Positions 1-11,601 of a stretch of 64,000 nt of DNA are shown in pieces (position 1 is the stretch's first letter; the number at the start of each line of letters is the position of its first letter). The notes below the pieces were generated by a model. That model was not told the DNA's origin. It saw nothing but the letters and a program-made list of their open reading frames with translations, and made no database searches. Made by a program: the position numbers and the translations under genes. The DNA is from Mobula hypostoma (Eukaryota): contig NC_086097.1 of the NCBI RefSeq assembly GCF_963921235.1, forward strand, positions 247,134,001 through 247,198,000, read 5' to 3'.

Positions 1-679
1 TAATGAAGCTCATCATTGTGGGCTGAAGGGCCTGTTTCTGTGCTATATTCTCTGTATTCTATGATGGAGCCCATGATAGCCCTTCTCCTGTGCAAATTGG
101 CTGTTAATTTCTCTGAAGCAGAATGTGACTTCTTTTCTGAGGTAATTCCATTGGCTGTGATGTGCCTAGGGATGCCTGAACTTTTAAAGATGTCATTTAA
201 CTGGGGTTCTTGCTTCCATGCAGGCATAAACCAATACCAGGTCACAGGGGTTCCGGAATTTGTGCCAGAGTAAAGCCTCACAATGCAGTATCCCCTCCAC
301 CAGAGTAATTATCAGGGTTTATGCATTTGGCTGTTCTGTAATCTGTAGTCAGACAGGTACTATATGTACAGTACCATGCAAAGGTCCTAGGCACATATAT
401 ATATTAAAAAAAAGGCATCTGTTAGTCTTGCGAGACCATGGATCTGCACCTGGAAAGGCTTCTCTCCCCAGGGCGCAGGCCTGGGCAAGGTTGTATGGAA
501 GACCAGCAGTTGCCCATGCTGCAAGTCTCCCCTCTCCACAATACTGATTTGTCCAAGGGAAGGGCATTAGGACCCATACAGCTTGGCACCAGTGTCGTCG
601 CAGAGCAATGTGTGATTAAGTGCCCTGCTCAAGGACACAACACGTTGCCTCGGCTGGGGCTTGAACTCACAACCTTCAG

Positions 680-1072
680 AATCTGATTCTGATGTGGGTC
701 TCGATTGTGGACTGAGAGTGGGAAGGGGAATCATGGTTTGGAAAAGGGGAAGGGAGTGGGAAGCACCAGAGAGACATTCTATAGTGATCAATAAACCAAT
801 TGCTTGGAATCAAACCACCTTGCCTGGTGTCTCAGGGCTGGGTCTGTCTGCAACCACGCCTGTAACCACCCCTTGGCACTCTTTCTGTGCCACCTAACCC
901 ACACCCCTCCCATAGTGCTCCACTCTCACCATTCCCAGCAACCTTTGCTCCTGCCAGATTTACAAACTCACTCTCTGCTCCACGTTGACAAGTGCAGTGT
1001 TGTGCAAAAGTCTTAAGGTACCCTAGCGATACATATACGTATATGTGCCCAAGACTTCTGCACAGTGCTGTA
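680..1072 (+). mobile_element. Composite repeat ending in a Tc1-like mini-palindrome; copies at about 9190-9597 (+) and 39190-39690 (-)
   Basis: Three homologous bodies of about 300 bp, each next to cagtrctgtgcaaaagtct...agacttttgcacagtrctg. Confidence 0.7.
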
Positions 1073-1536
1073 TTACTTAGGTTTGCTGCACTTATATTGT
1101 CATCTTAGAACATAGATGTTGTGCTGACCTTTATAACCTGCTCTAATCCTTCCCTCTCACAAAACCCTCCATTTTTCATCATCCATGTGCCTCCCTAAGA
1201 GTCTCTTAAATGCTTCTGATGTATCTGCCTCCACCACCACCCCTGGCAGGGCATTTCATATGTCCACCCCTCTCTGTGTGAACACCTACATTTGACTCCC
1301 CTGCCACATCACCTTAAAATGATGGCTTCTCCTATTAGCTCTTTCTGCCCAGGGAAAAGGGCTGTCCTCTTTATCAATGCCTCTTACATCTTATACCAGG
1401 GGTTCCTAACCTGGTGTCCACAAACCCTTTGCTCAATAGTATTGGTCTTTGGCATAAAAAATATTGGGAACTCCTTCTACACTTCTATCAAGTCAACTCT
1501 TATCCTCCTTTGCTCCAAAGAGAAAAGCCCCAGCTT

Positions 1537-4198
1537 CAGCCCAGTACAATCACTGCAGCCTAGTACAATCACTGCAGCCTAGAACAATCACTGCTGCCCA
1601 GTACAATCACTGCAGCCTAGTACAATCACTGCAGCCCAGTATAATCATTGCAGATCTGTACAATCACTGCAGCCCAGTACAATCACTGCAGCCCAGTAAA
1701 TCACTGCAGCCCAGTACAATCACTGCAGCCCAGTAGAATCACTGCAGCCTAGTACAATCACTGCAGCCCAGTATAATCACTGATGCCCAGTATAATCACT
1801 GCAGCCCAGTATAATCATTGCAGATCTGTACAATCACTGCAGCCCAGTATAATCACTGCAGCCCAGTATAATCAGTGCAGCCTAGTATAATCACTGCAGC
1901 CCAGTAGAATCACTGCAGCCTAGTATAATCACTGCAGCCCAGTAAATCACTGCAGCCCAGTATAATCACCGCAGCCCAGTAGAATCACTGCAGCCTAGTA
2001 CAATCACTGCAGCCTAGTACAATCACTGCAGCCCAGTATAATCACTGCTGCCCAGTATAATCACTGCAGCCCAGTACAATTACTGCAGCCCAGTATAATC
2101 ACTGCAGCCCAGTACAATCACCGCAGCCCAGTAAATCACTGCAGCCCAGTAAGTCACTGCAGCCCAGTATAATCACTGCAGCCCAGTATAATCACTGCAG
2201 CCTAGTACAATCACTGCAGCCCAGTATAATCATTGCAGATCTGTACAATCACTGCAGCCCAGTATAATCACTGCAGCCCAGTAAAATCACTGCAGCCCAG
2301 TATAATCACTGCAGCCCAGTACAATCACTGCAGCCCAGTGAATCACTGCAGCCCAGTATAATCACTGCAGCCTAGTACAATCACTGCAGCCCAGTACAAT
2401 CACTGCAGCCTAGTACAATCACTGCAGCCCAGTATAATCACTGCAGCCCAGTATAATCACTGCAGCCCAGTACAATCACTGCAGCCCAGTATAATCACTG
2501 CAGCCTAGTACAATCACTGCAGCCCAGTATAATCACTGCAGCCTAGTACAATCACTGCAGCCCAGTACAATCACTGCAGCCTAGTATAATCACTGCAGCC
2601 CAGCATAATCACTGCAGCCCAGTATAATCACTGCAGCCCAGTACAATCACTGCAGCCCAGTATAATCACTGCAGCCTAGTACAATCACTGCAGCCCAGTA
2701 TAATCACTGCAGCCCAGTACAATCACTGCAGCCTAGTATAATCACCGCAGCCCAGTAGAATCACTGCAGCCTAGTACAATCACTGCAGCCCAGTATAATC
2801 ACTGCAGCCCAGTACAATCACTGCAGCCCAGTATAATCATTGCAGATCTGTACAATCACTGCAGCCCAGTATAATCACTGCAGCCCAGTAAAATCACAGC
2901 AGCCCAGTATAATCACTGCAGCCCAGTACAATCACTGCAGCCCAGTACAATCACTGCAGCCCAGTAAATCACTGCAGCCCAGTATAATCACTGCAGCCTA
3001 GTACAATCACTGCAGCCCAGCACAATCACTGCAGCCCAGTATAATCACTGCTGCCCAGTATAATCACTGCAGCCCAGTACGATCACTGCAGCCCAGTATA
3101 ATCACTGCAGCCTAGTACAATCACTGCAGCCCAGTAAATCACTGCAGCCCAGTATAATCACTGCAGCCCAGTATAATCACCGCAGCCCAGTACAATCACT
3201 GCAGCCCAGTAAATCACTGCAGCCCAGTACAATAACTGCAGCCCAGTACAATCATTGCAGCCCAGTAAATCACTGCAGCCCAGTACAATCACTGCAGCCC
3301 AGTAAATCACTGCAGTCCAGTATAATCACTGCAGCCCAGTACAATCACTGCAGCCCAGTACAATCACCGCAGCCCAGTAAATCACTGCAGCCCAGTACAA
3401 TCACTGCAGCCCAGTATAATCACTGCAGCCCAGTACAATCACTGCAGCCCAGTATAATCACTGCAGCCCAGTACAATCACTGCAGCCCAGTATAATCACC
3501 GCAGCCCAGTACAATCACCGCAGCCCAGTAAATCACTGCAGCCCAGTACAATAACTGCAGCCCAGTACAATCATTGCAGCCCAGTAAATCACTGCAGCCC
3601 AGTACAATCACCGCAGCCCAGTAAATCACTGCAGCCCAGTACAATCACTGCAGCCCAGTATAATCACTGCAGCCCAGTACAATCACTGCAGCCCAGTATT
3701 ATCACTGCAGCCCAGTACAATCACTGCAGCCCAGTATAATCACTGCAGCCCAGTACAATCACCGCAGCCCAGTAAATCACTGCAGCCCAGTACAATAACT
3801 GCAGCCCAGTACAATCATTGCAGCCCAGTAAATCACTGCAGCCCAGTACAATCACTGCAGCCCAGTACAATCATTGCAGCCCAGTAAATCACTGCAGCCC
3901 AGTAAATCACTGCAGCCCAGGACAATCACCGCAGCCCAGTAAATCACTGCAGCCCAGTAAATCACTGCAGCCCAATACAATCACCGCAGCCCAGTACAAT
4001 CACCGCAGCCCAGTACAATCACCGCAGCCCAGTAAATCACTGCAGCCCAGTAAATCACTGCAGCCCAGTACAATCACTGCAGCCCAGTATAATCACTGCA
4101 GCCCAGTACAATCACCGCAGCCCAGTAAATCACTGCAGCCCAGTAAATCACTGCAGCCCAGTACAATCACCGCAGCCCAGTAAATCACTGCAGCCCAG
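1537..4198. repeat. Minisatellite, about 140 copies of 19-bp CAGCCCAGTAYAATCACTG with 18-bp variants
   Basis: Directly visible head-to-tail repeats with no unique spacers, flanked by minus-strand CR1 3'-end fragments. Confidence 0.98.
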
Positions 4199-5432
4199 GA
4201 TACAGTGCTGACTCTTTAATCTACTCCACAATCAATCTAACTCTTCCCTCCCACGTAACCATCCATTTTTCGTTGAACCCATCTCGCTCAACCTTCCCTC
4301 ATAAGACAGGCTGTCTAATCCAGTCAGGATCCTGCTGAATCTCCTCTGCTCCCTCTCAAAAGCTTCTCATAGTGAGGCAACCAGAGCTGAACACAGTAAC
4401 CCAAGTGTGATCTAAACAGGTTTTTAAAGAGCTGCAACATTACCTTGGAAGTCTGAGACATTTTGTTTTTTCTTTATGTCCAGAATCTGCTGGATTTTCC
4501 AGTGACTCTGCTTTGTAATTTGGCGCCAGATTGATGTGAGCCACCTAGTCTTCCCACAGTAGGTTACCAAAGGCACTCAATCATCTCTGCAGACAGGACC
4601 TGGGCTACAAATTGGTGCACAGGAAAGAGTACTGGAGACGATTTCTGGAAGTCTAAGATTCTGCACTTTCCTTTAAAACCATTTCCTGCTGAGGAATATC
4701 AATCACAGCAACAGAGACAATGACACACCAGACATGGCTGAAATAGATTAGTGGCAAGGGCATTAAGCTGCCTCTCACTGTCTATCACCGTGTCAGTAAT
4801 GGAATCAATTGTTTGGAGGAAGTAGAAATGAAAGCAATTAAACGAAGTATGACCATAATATTAATCTAACTGGGAATCTGTGGGATGGGGAATGCTTAAA
4901 AGAATTTGGTGGGGGTCCATCAGGGGTAAAGCCCTCCCCACCATTGAGCACGTCCACATGAAATGTTGTTGTAGGAGAGCAGCACCCACCATTAGGGTCT
5001 CCCACCTCCCAGGTCACGCTCTCGTTTCACAGCTGCCATCAGGAAGGACGTCCAGGTGTCTCAGGTGCCACACCGCCAGGTTCAGGAACAGTTACTACCC
5101 TTCAACCAAGAGCATCTACGACAATCTTCTGCACCGTCCCCAACACCACCAACCTTCATGTGATGGTTGAGGGTAAGTGCTGTTCCAAAGCACCTGGTTC
5201 AGGAACATCTATTACCCCTCAACCATCAGATTCTTGAACCAGGGGGGATAACTTCACTCAGCTCAACACTGAAATGTTTCCACAACCAATGGACTCACTT
5301 TCAAGGACTCTTCATTCATGTTCTCGATATTTTTTGCTTACTTATTTGTTATTATTATTTCTTTCTTTTTGTATTTGCAGTTTGTTGTCTTTCGCTGGTT
5401 GGTGTGGTCTTTCATTGATTCCATTATGGTCA

Positions 5433-6140
5433 TTACTTTACTTTATACTATATTGTCGCCAAACAATTGATACTAGAACGTATAATCATCATAGCAATAT
5501 TTGATTCTGTGCTTCCCGCTCCCTGGATTACAAATTGATAGTAAATATTAAAGATTTAAATTATAAATCATAAATAGAAAATAGAAAAATAGAAAGTAAG
5601 GTAGTGCAAAAAAACTGAGAGGCAGGTCCGGATATTCGGAGGGTACGGCCCAGATCTGGGTCAGGATCCGTTCAGCAGTCTTATCACAGTTGGAAAGAAG
5701 CTGTTCCCAAATCTGGCCGTACGAGTCTTCAAACTCCTGAGCCTTCTCCCAGAGGGAAGAGGGACAAAAAGTGTGTTGGCTGGGTGGGTCGTGTCCTTGA
5801 TTATCCTGGCAGCACTGCTCCGACAGCGTGCGGTGTAAAGTGAGTCCAAGGACGGAAGATTGGTTTGTGTGATGTGCTGCACTGCGTTCACAATCTTCTG
5901 CAGCTTCTTCCGGTCTTGGACAGGACAACTTCCATACCAGGTTGTGATGCACCCTAGAAGAATGCTTTCTACGGTGCATCTATAAAAATTAGTGAGGGTT
6001 TAAGGGGACAGGCCAAATTGCTTTAGTTTTGTCAGGAAGTAAAGGCGCTGGTGGGCCTTCTTGGCAGTGGACTCTGCTTGGTTGGACCAAGTCAGGTCAT
6101 TTGTGATATTGACCCCAAGGAACTTAAAGCTTTTGACCTT
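5433..6140 (-). mobile_element. Rex1/Babar-like LINE 3' fragment
   Basis: Same C-terminal peptide (LPSGRR...SFFP) and an AAAGT-type tail. It is inserted into an older related tail. Confidence 0.82.
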
Positions 6141-6889
6141 ATTCATAATTATGCCCACAGGAAAATGAACCCTAGGGTCGTATATGGTGACAGATACAAG
6201 ATCAGTTTGTATCCCATCTGTCCTACTACATGTGCATGATACTAATGATTACTGTGGTAATTGAGATAAAACAGCAAAGAGCATATTGTGCATGAGAGTG
6301 TGACACAAGTGAGGAAGAACTGACTTGAGGTAGGGGAGTGAAAAGCAGATGTAGAACCAATGGCTGCAGGTTAACATCGAGGACATCTTCAAGAGGCAGT
6401 TCCTCAAGAAGGCGGCATCCATCTTTTGGTTCACCCTACTATCATCAGGGAGGAGGTACAGGAGCCTGAAGATCCACACTCAACGTTTGAACCACAGCTT
6501 CTTCCCCTCCACCTTCAGATTTCTAAATGGTCCATGAAACCATATAACCATATAACAACTACAGCACAGAAACGGGCCATCTCGGCCCTTCTAGTCCGTG
6601 CCGAACGCTTACTCTCACCTAGAACACTACCTTGTTATTCATCTTTTGCACTAATTTAATGTATTTTTGTGTAATTTTTTTATGTTTCGCACTGTACTAT
6701 TGCCCCAAAACAACAAATTTCATGAGATATATCATTGATAACAATCCCGATTCTTATTCTGAATTTGGTGGGGCCCATGGTCACTTGATGATGTCATTTC
6801 CACGTTGGATAGGCATCAAATGACGTCATTTCCTGTACACTTTGGAGCTGACGAGTGATGGCCACTTCCTCTGCACATCTGATTTCTCA

Positions 6890-7170
6890 TACTTTATTTA
6901 TTTAGTTAGAGATACAGTGCAGAATAGACCCTTCTGGCCCTTCGAGCCACGCTGCCCAGCAACCCCCAATAAATCCGATTAACCCTAGCTGAATCACGGG
7001 GCAAGTTACAATGACCACCTAACCTACACGGTAGGTCTGTACACTGAGGGACGAAACTGGAGCACCCAGGAAAGAACCCCGTGCATTCCACAGGGAGGAG
7101 GTACAAGCTCCTTTCGAGGATGCCGGGATCGAGCTCTGAACTCCGATGCCCAGAGCTGTAATAGCTACCC
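6890..7170 (-). mobile_element. V-SINE-type element; related copies at about 8015-8261 (-), 25320-25405 + 25735-25935 (+), 36480-36580 (+)
   Basis: V-domain-like gggtgctccggtttcctcccacagtccaaagac motif. This copy ends in a CR1-like 3' hairpin and (TAAA)n tail. Confidence 0.7.
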
Positions 7171-8261
7171 TGCTGCACACACCTCCATCTCTCTCTGTAT
7201 CTGGTCCTACAGATCAGTTGTATACAGTACACTGAGGTATAACAAGGGAAAACAATGGCAGAATGCATTCTTTGCCATGGATGGCCGTGGTGGCCAAGTC
7301 ATTGGGTATATTTAAAACGAAGGTTGATAGGTTCTTGATTAGTAAGGACATCAAAGGTTAAGGGGAGAAGGCAGGGGAATGAGAATGAGAGGGATAACAA
7401 ATCGGCCATGATGGAATGGCAGAGCAGACTCAATGGGCTGAATGGCCTAACCTTGCTCCTATGTCTTATGGTCTAATGCATAATAAAGTGTAACAGTTAC
7501 AGAGAAAGGGCAGAGCAGCCAGACAACAAGGTGCATTGTCACAACAAGGTAGGTTGTGAGGCCAAGAGTCTATCTTATTACATATACACCAGAGAACCAT
7601 TCAACAGTCTGATAACAGTGGGATAGAGCCTGTTGGTATGTGTCTTCAGGCTTTTTATCTTCTGTCTGATTGGGGAGGGGGGGAGAAGAGAAACTGTTTG
7701 GGGTGGGTGCCCTGTCAACCCTTCATTAAATATTATAAATAACAAATTTTAAACTGTGCTCTTAGGTGATTACAGGATATTTTATTGGTTAACTCATCAT
7801 AATTTTCTTATTAATTTAGTTCCATTTTCTAAATGGTCACCGTTTCACCATTTCAGCAAATCCCCACACACTTGCCAAAGTCCTTCTGTTGAACCTGCAC
7901 TCAGCTGAAACGTATCCGCTAAGTTTGGCTTCCCCAGGAAAGAAATAGATGTTATCAGTGCTTGCTTTGTTGAACAAGGATAAAAAAAAATACTTTTAAC
8001 AAAAGAAAAAAAGGAACTTTATTTGTCAAATATACATCGAAACATATAGTGTTTGTGCCAACGACCAGCGTAGACGAAGGATGCGCCAGGGACAGCCCAT
8101 TAATGTGGCCACACTTCCGGCTTCAACATAGCACGCCCATAACTTACCAACCTTAATCTGTACGTCTTTGGACTGTGGGGGGAAACCGGAGCACCCAGAG
8201 GAAACCCACGTGGTCGTGGGGAGAACGTACAAACTCCTTAGAGACAGCGTCAGGAATTGAA

Positions 8262-8384
8262 ACCAACGCACATATAAAATGCTGGTGAACGCAGCAGGCC
8301 AGGCAGCATCTATTGGAAGAGGTAAAGTCGACGTTTTGGGCCGAGACCCTTCGTCAGGACTAACTGGAAGAAGAGCTAGCAAGA
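8262..8384 (-). mobile_element. Solo Penelope terminal repeat inserted in a V-SINE; similar solos at about 19877-19975, 36590-36900, 38106-38203, 43110-43320, 43440-43650, 63090-63290
   Basis: Same motif as the Penelope arms. TSD gtcaggaattgaa (8249-8261) / gtcaggaatcgaa (8385-8397). Confidence 0.8.
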
Positions 8385-8569
8385 GTCAGGAATCGAACCC
8401 TGATCTTACAGCGGGAACTGTAAAGCTTTACACTAAATACAAATGCAGGACTTTACTTACTGTCCACTTTCCTCACTGCTTTTCCCTCCTCCTTTTTTTT
8501 CTCACTTGCCCGACCTAAGTTATCAGCGGTTATTACTGAGGCACATCTTGCTATGGCTCCTTGATGTTA

Positions 8570-8990
8570 TTGACAACCCTGCCATGGACGGTCCCCAGCC
8601 CGGATGCAAGAGGAGGAGTGTTGGGCCCAGGACTAGGAACCCCATCCTCTAAAAATCCGGAGCTACAGAAACGCCAACAGAAGATCCAAAGACCTCATCC
8701 CTGAGGAAAGGAAGGATCTTTGCCTGGAAGACATATGTGGCCGTGCGGTGGAAGCCAGAAATCCATGGAAGACACAAGGCCAATCATCGTCCTATCATCC
8801 AGGAATCCCTGGGGAAAGCAGAAGAGAGGCCGGACAAGGAACACCCAGAGGCACAGCCTTGAAGGTGACACCGAGAAGATGGGCTATACCTGGGGACAGC
8901 TTGAAAGGCTGGCCCAGGACAGATAACTCTGGCAAGCTGCTGTCAGTGGACTATGCCCCAGAGGTGGTGATGGTCTTAAAAGAAGAAGTT
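8570..8990 (+). mobile_element. Internally deleted RTE-like element (5' UTR-like head joined to ORF C-terminus)
   Basis: NPWGKQKRGR...MGYTWGQLERLAQDR resembles RTE C-termini; (AAG)n tail. Confidence 0.65.
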
Positions 8991-10394
8991 TATTGACTCT
9001 TGCTTTCTTTAAGATCTCCCGTGCCTCACCACACCAAACTACAGCTGTATGAGTCTTCGGGGGTGAATGCGCAAAGTTTCCGTGACACTGTTCGAAGGAG
9101 AAGGGAGTTCTCCTCGTGTTCTGGTCAATGCTTGCTCGGCAATGAGATTCAGAATCTTCATCGTCCAAAGTCAATGGTATGGTTGGAGTGATGGTAAACC
9201 TGATTCTGATATGGGTCTCTATTGTGACTGAGGGTGGGAAGGGGGCAGGGAGAGGGGAATCAGGGTTGGGAAAAGGGGAATGGAGAGGGGAGGGAGCAGG
9301 AAGCACCAGAGAGACATTCTGTAATGATCAATAAACCAATTGTTTGGAATCAAATCACCATGCCTGGTATCTCAGGGATGGATGTGTCTGCACCTGTGCC
9401 ACCACCCCCCCCCCCAGCATTCCTTCCTTCTCTGCCACCTGACCACACCCCTCCCACGGCCTCCACCCTCACCATTCCCAACATCCTTTGCCCCCGCCAG
9501 ATTTACAAACTCACTCTCTGCTCCGAGTTGACAAATACAGAACTGTGTAAAAGTCTGAGCTACATATATGTGCCTAAAAGTTTCGTGCAGTACAGTAGAT
9601 ATGTACACTCAGACGACAATGATCGTGAACCTGAACTTGAGCTACAGATTTTAGTTTTAATTGTTCCCCTTCGTTCAACCGTCAGTTGCAATTTTACATT
9701 GCTGTTGGGAAATAATACTGTGCTGTTAAAAAGGGGTTACAAAATATGTTAATATTTTATGTTGCTTTTCAATGAGAAAAGATGATTCCTTCCATAACAG
9801 CTTTACTTTATGAAGACGATATTCTTTTATTATCTTAATGGTACTGGCAGCGCTTTAAAACAAAAACAAATTGGATTAATAGCCCAGCATTAATCCCACA
9901 GAGGTTAAAAGATCGGAAGCAAATTCCACCTGCATGATGAAATATTTATCTAGCTTTATTCAAGATGATGGTTCTTCCTTCCCAGAGAAAGATTTTAACA
10001 GATATAACACAATGTACTGTGCAGGTAACCTAACACACTTCCATATATTACATCAATTTTGAGTGTGTTCTGAATGTCTCTGCACTTCAGAGATGTTGTA
10101 AATGGTTCTTTCTAAACCTGGGACATGTTTTTTTAATAATCAGTTAAAGTGAAAACAAATATTGCCAACATGCCTGGAACTGCAGCCGACACACTATGCT
10201 GTTACAATGCAACTCCGCTGCATTTGAACAAGGGAACACAACTCTTTTCTGTGTATCTGCGGTTTGATCAACTGAATCTTTTCCTCTCAGAAGAAGAATC
10301 CCCTTTTCTGACTGGCAACGTTGACAGGCCACAGGCCTGGCTCTTGCAGAAAGCAGATTCTTTTGTAATTCAAAGTTTAAAGAAAGTTGATTAA

Positions 10395-10918
10395 TCGAAG
10401 TACATATATACAAAGTACAAATAATGAAGACCATATTAACAGACAGAAAGATGAGCACGTACACTAAAAACAGAATACTGCAGTGCTACATTTATTCTAT
10501 CCTGACTTAAGGAAGTGAATGCTGGACCATTTCCCCAGCAATGGAAAAGAGACTAGAAGCAGCTGAATTATGGTTCTACAGGAGAAGGTTAAAAATATCA
10601 TGGACCACACACACATCAAATGAAGAAGTTCTCAGAACAGCCCAAGCAGTTCGATCGCTCATACCAACAATAAGAGAAAGACAACTCAGATTCCTAGGAC
10701 ACATCATGCGGAAAGATGAACTAGAAAAACTCATACTCTCTGGAAAGATCGAGGGGAGCAAACCCAGAGGAAGACCTCGGCTTATGTACATCAAAAGCAT
10801 AGCCAGGTGGCTACACATCGAGGAAATGGAAGTCATCCAAAAAACGAAGGATAGATCTATATGGAAAACCATGGTCACCAACGTCCGCATCGGATATGGT
10901 ACCTAGACAGACAGACAT
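10395..10918 (+). mobile_element. RTE-clade LINE 3' fragment
   Basis: Peptide KRLEAAELWFYRR.LKISW...LRFLGHIMRK...GKIEG.KPRGRP, followed by an (AGAC)n tail. Confidence 0.85.
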
Positions 10919-10975
10919 ATATGTCACCATATACTACCCTGAGATTTACTTCCTTGCAAGCATTCGCAGTAAATG

Positions 10976-11601
10976 CAGACATCCCACCCTGCAAAAACTC
11001 ATTTCAAGGAGGTAGCACCATCAATTTGTGGGAGACTCCCGGAACTTCTGGAGAGGTGGGATGTCTGCAATAGAGTAGCTCCTTAGCAGCTAGCCAGCTA
11101 GTTTAAATAACGTTAGCTATGCGAATGAACGAATGACACCTGTTAAACTCATCTCAACATGTCTTTTACAGTCTTAACCCACCATGGGCAATAGAAAAGT
11201 CACTGTTGCAAACAGTGCAGCGATCAACACTGTCATTATATTTGACCCCTGTTAGGCAGGGGTACACTTTAGTGTAGTCTGGGATGAAGTACGTTTTATA
11301 TTTTCTTTTTTTGGAACACTCTGCCATGGCGTGCTCTCTCTCACTCTCGTGCTCTCTGTCTCTCTCTCTCACTCTCGTGCTCGCTCTCTTGCTCTCTCTC
11401 TCATGCTCTCTCTCTCTCTCTCTCGCTCTCTCTCTCGCTCTCTCTCGCTCTCTCTCTTGCTTTCTCTCTCTCTCTCTCTCTCTCACTCACTCGGTCTCAA
11501 AAAATCAATCTCCGGGATATTGTATATAATTTGCGGGCATCAGTGAGCCGCTATTAATATGCGGGAGACTCCCGGAACTTCCAGGAGAGGTGGGATGTCT
11601 G
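10976..11601 (-). mobile_element. Non-autonomous hAT-like element with BED-type zinc-finger remnant and (CT)n tract
   Basis: 13-bp TIR CAGACATCCCACC / GGTGGGATGTCTG with flanks taaatg/taaata. Minus-strand peptide CTVCNSDFSIAHGG...(frameshift)DCKRH. (CT)n tract at about 11335-11485. Confidence 0.75.

Noticed and set aside
1537..4198. CRISPR array or repetitive protein gene
   Set aside because: Units are contiguous with no unique spacers, there are no cas genes, and the context is eukaryotic. The 19-bp period breaks frame, so the ORFs at 1464 and 3818 are artefacts.
11166..11546. RE-rich and SL-rich ORFs
   Set aside because: They are translations of a (CT)n/(GA)n microsatellite. Only the zinc-finger remnant is meaningful.
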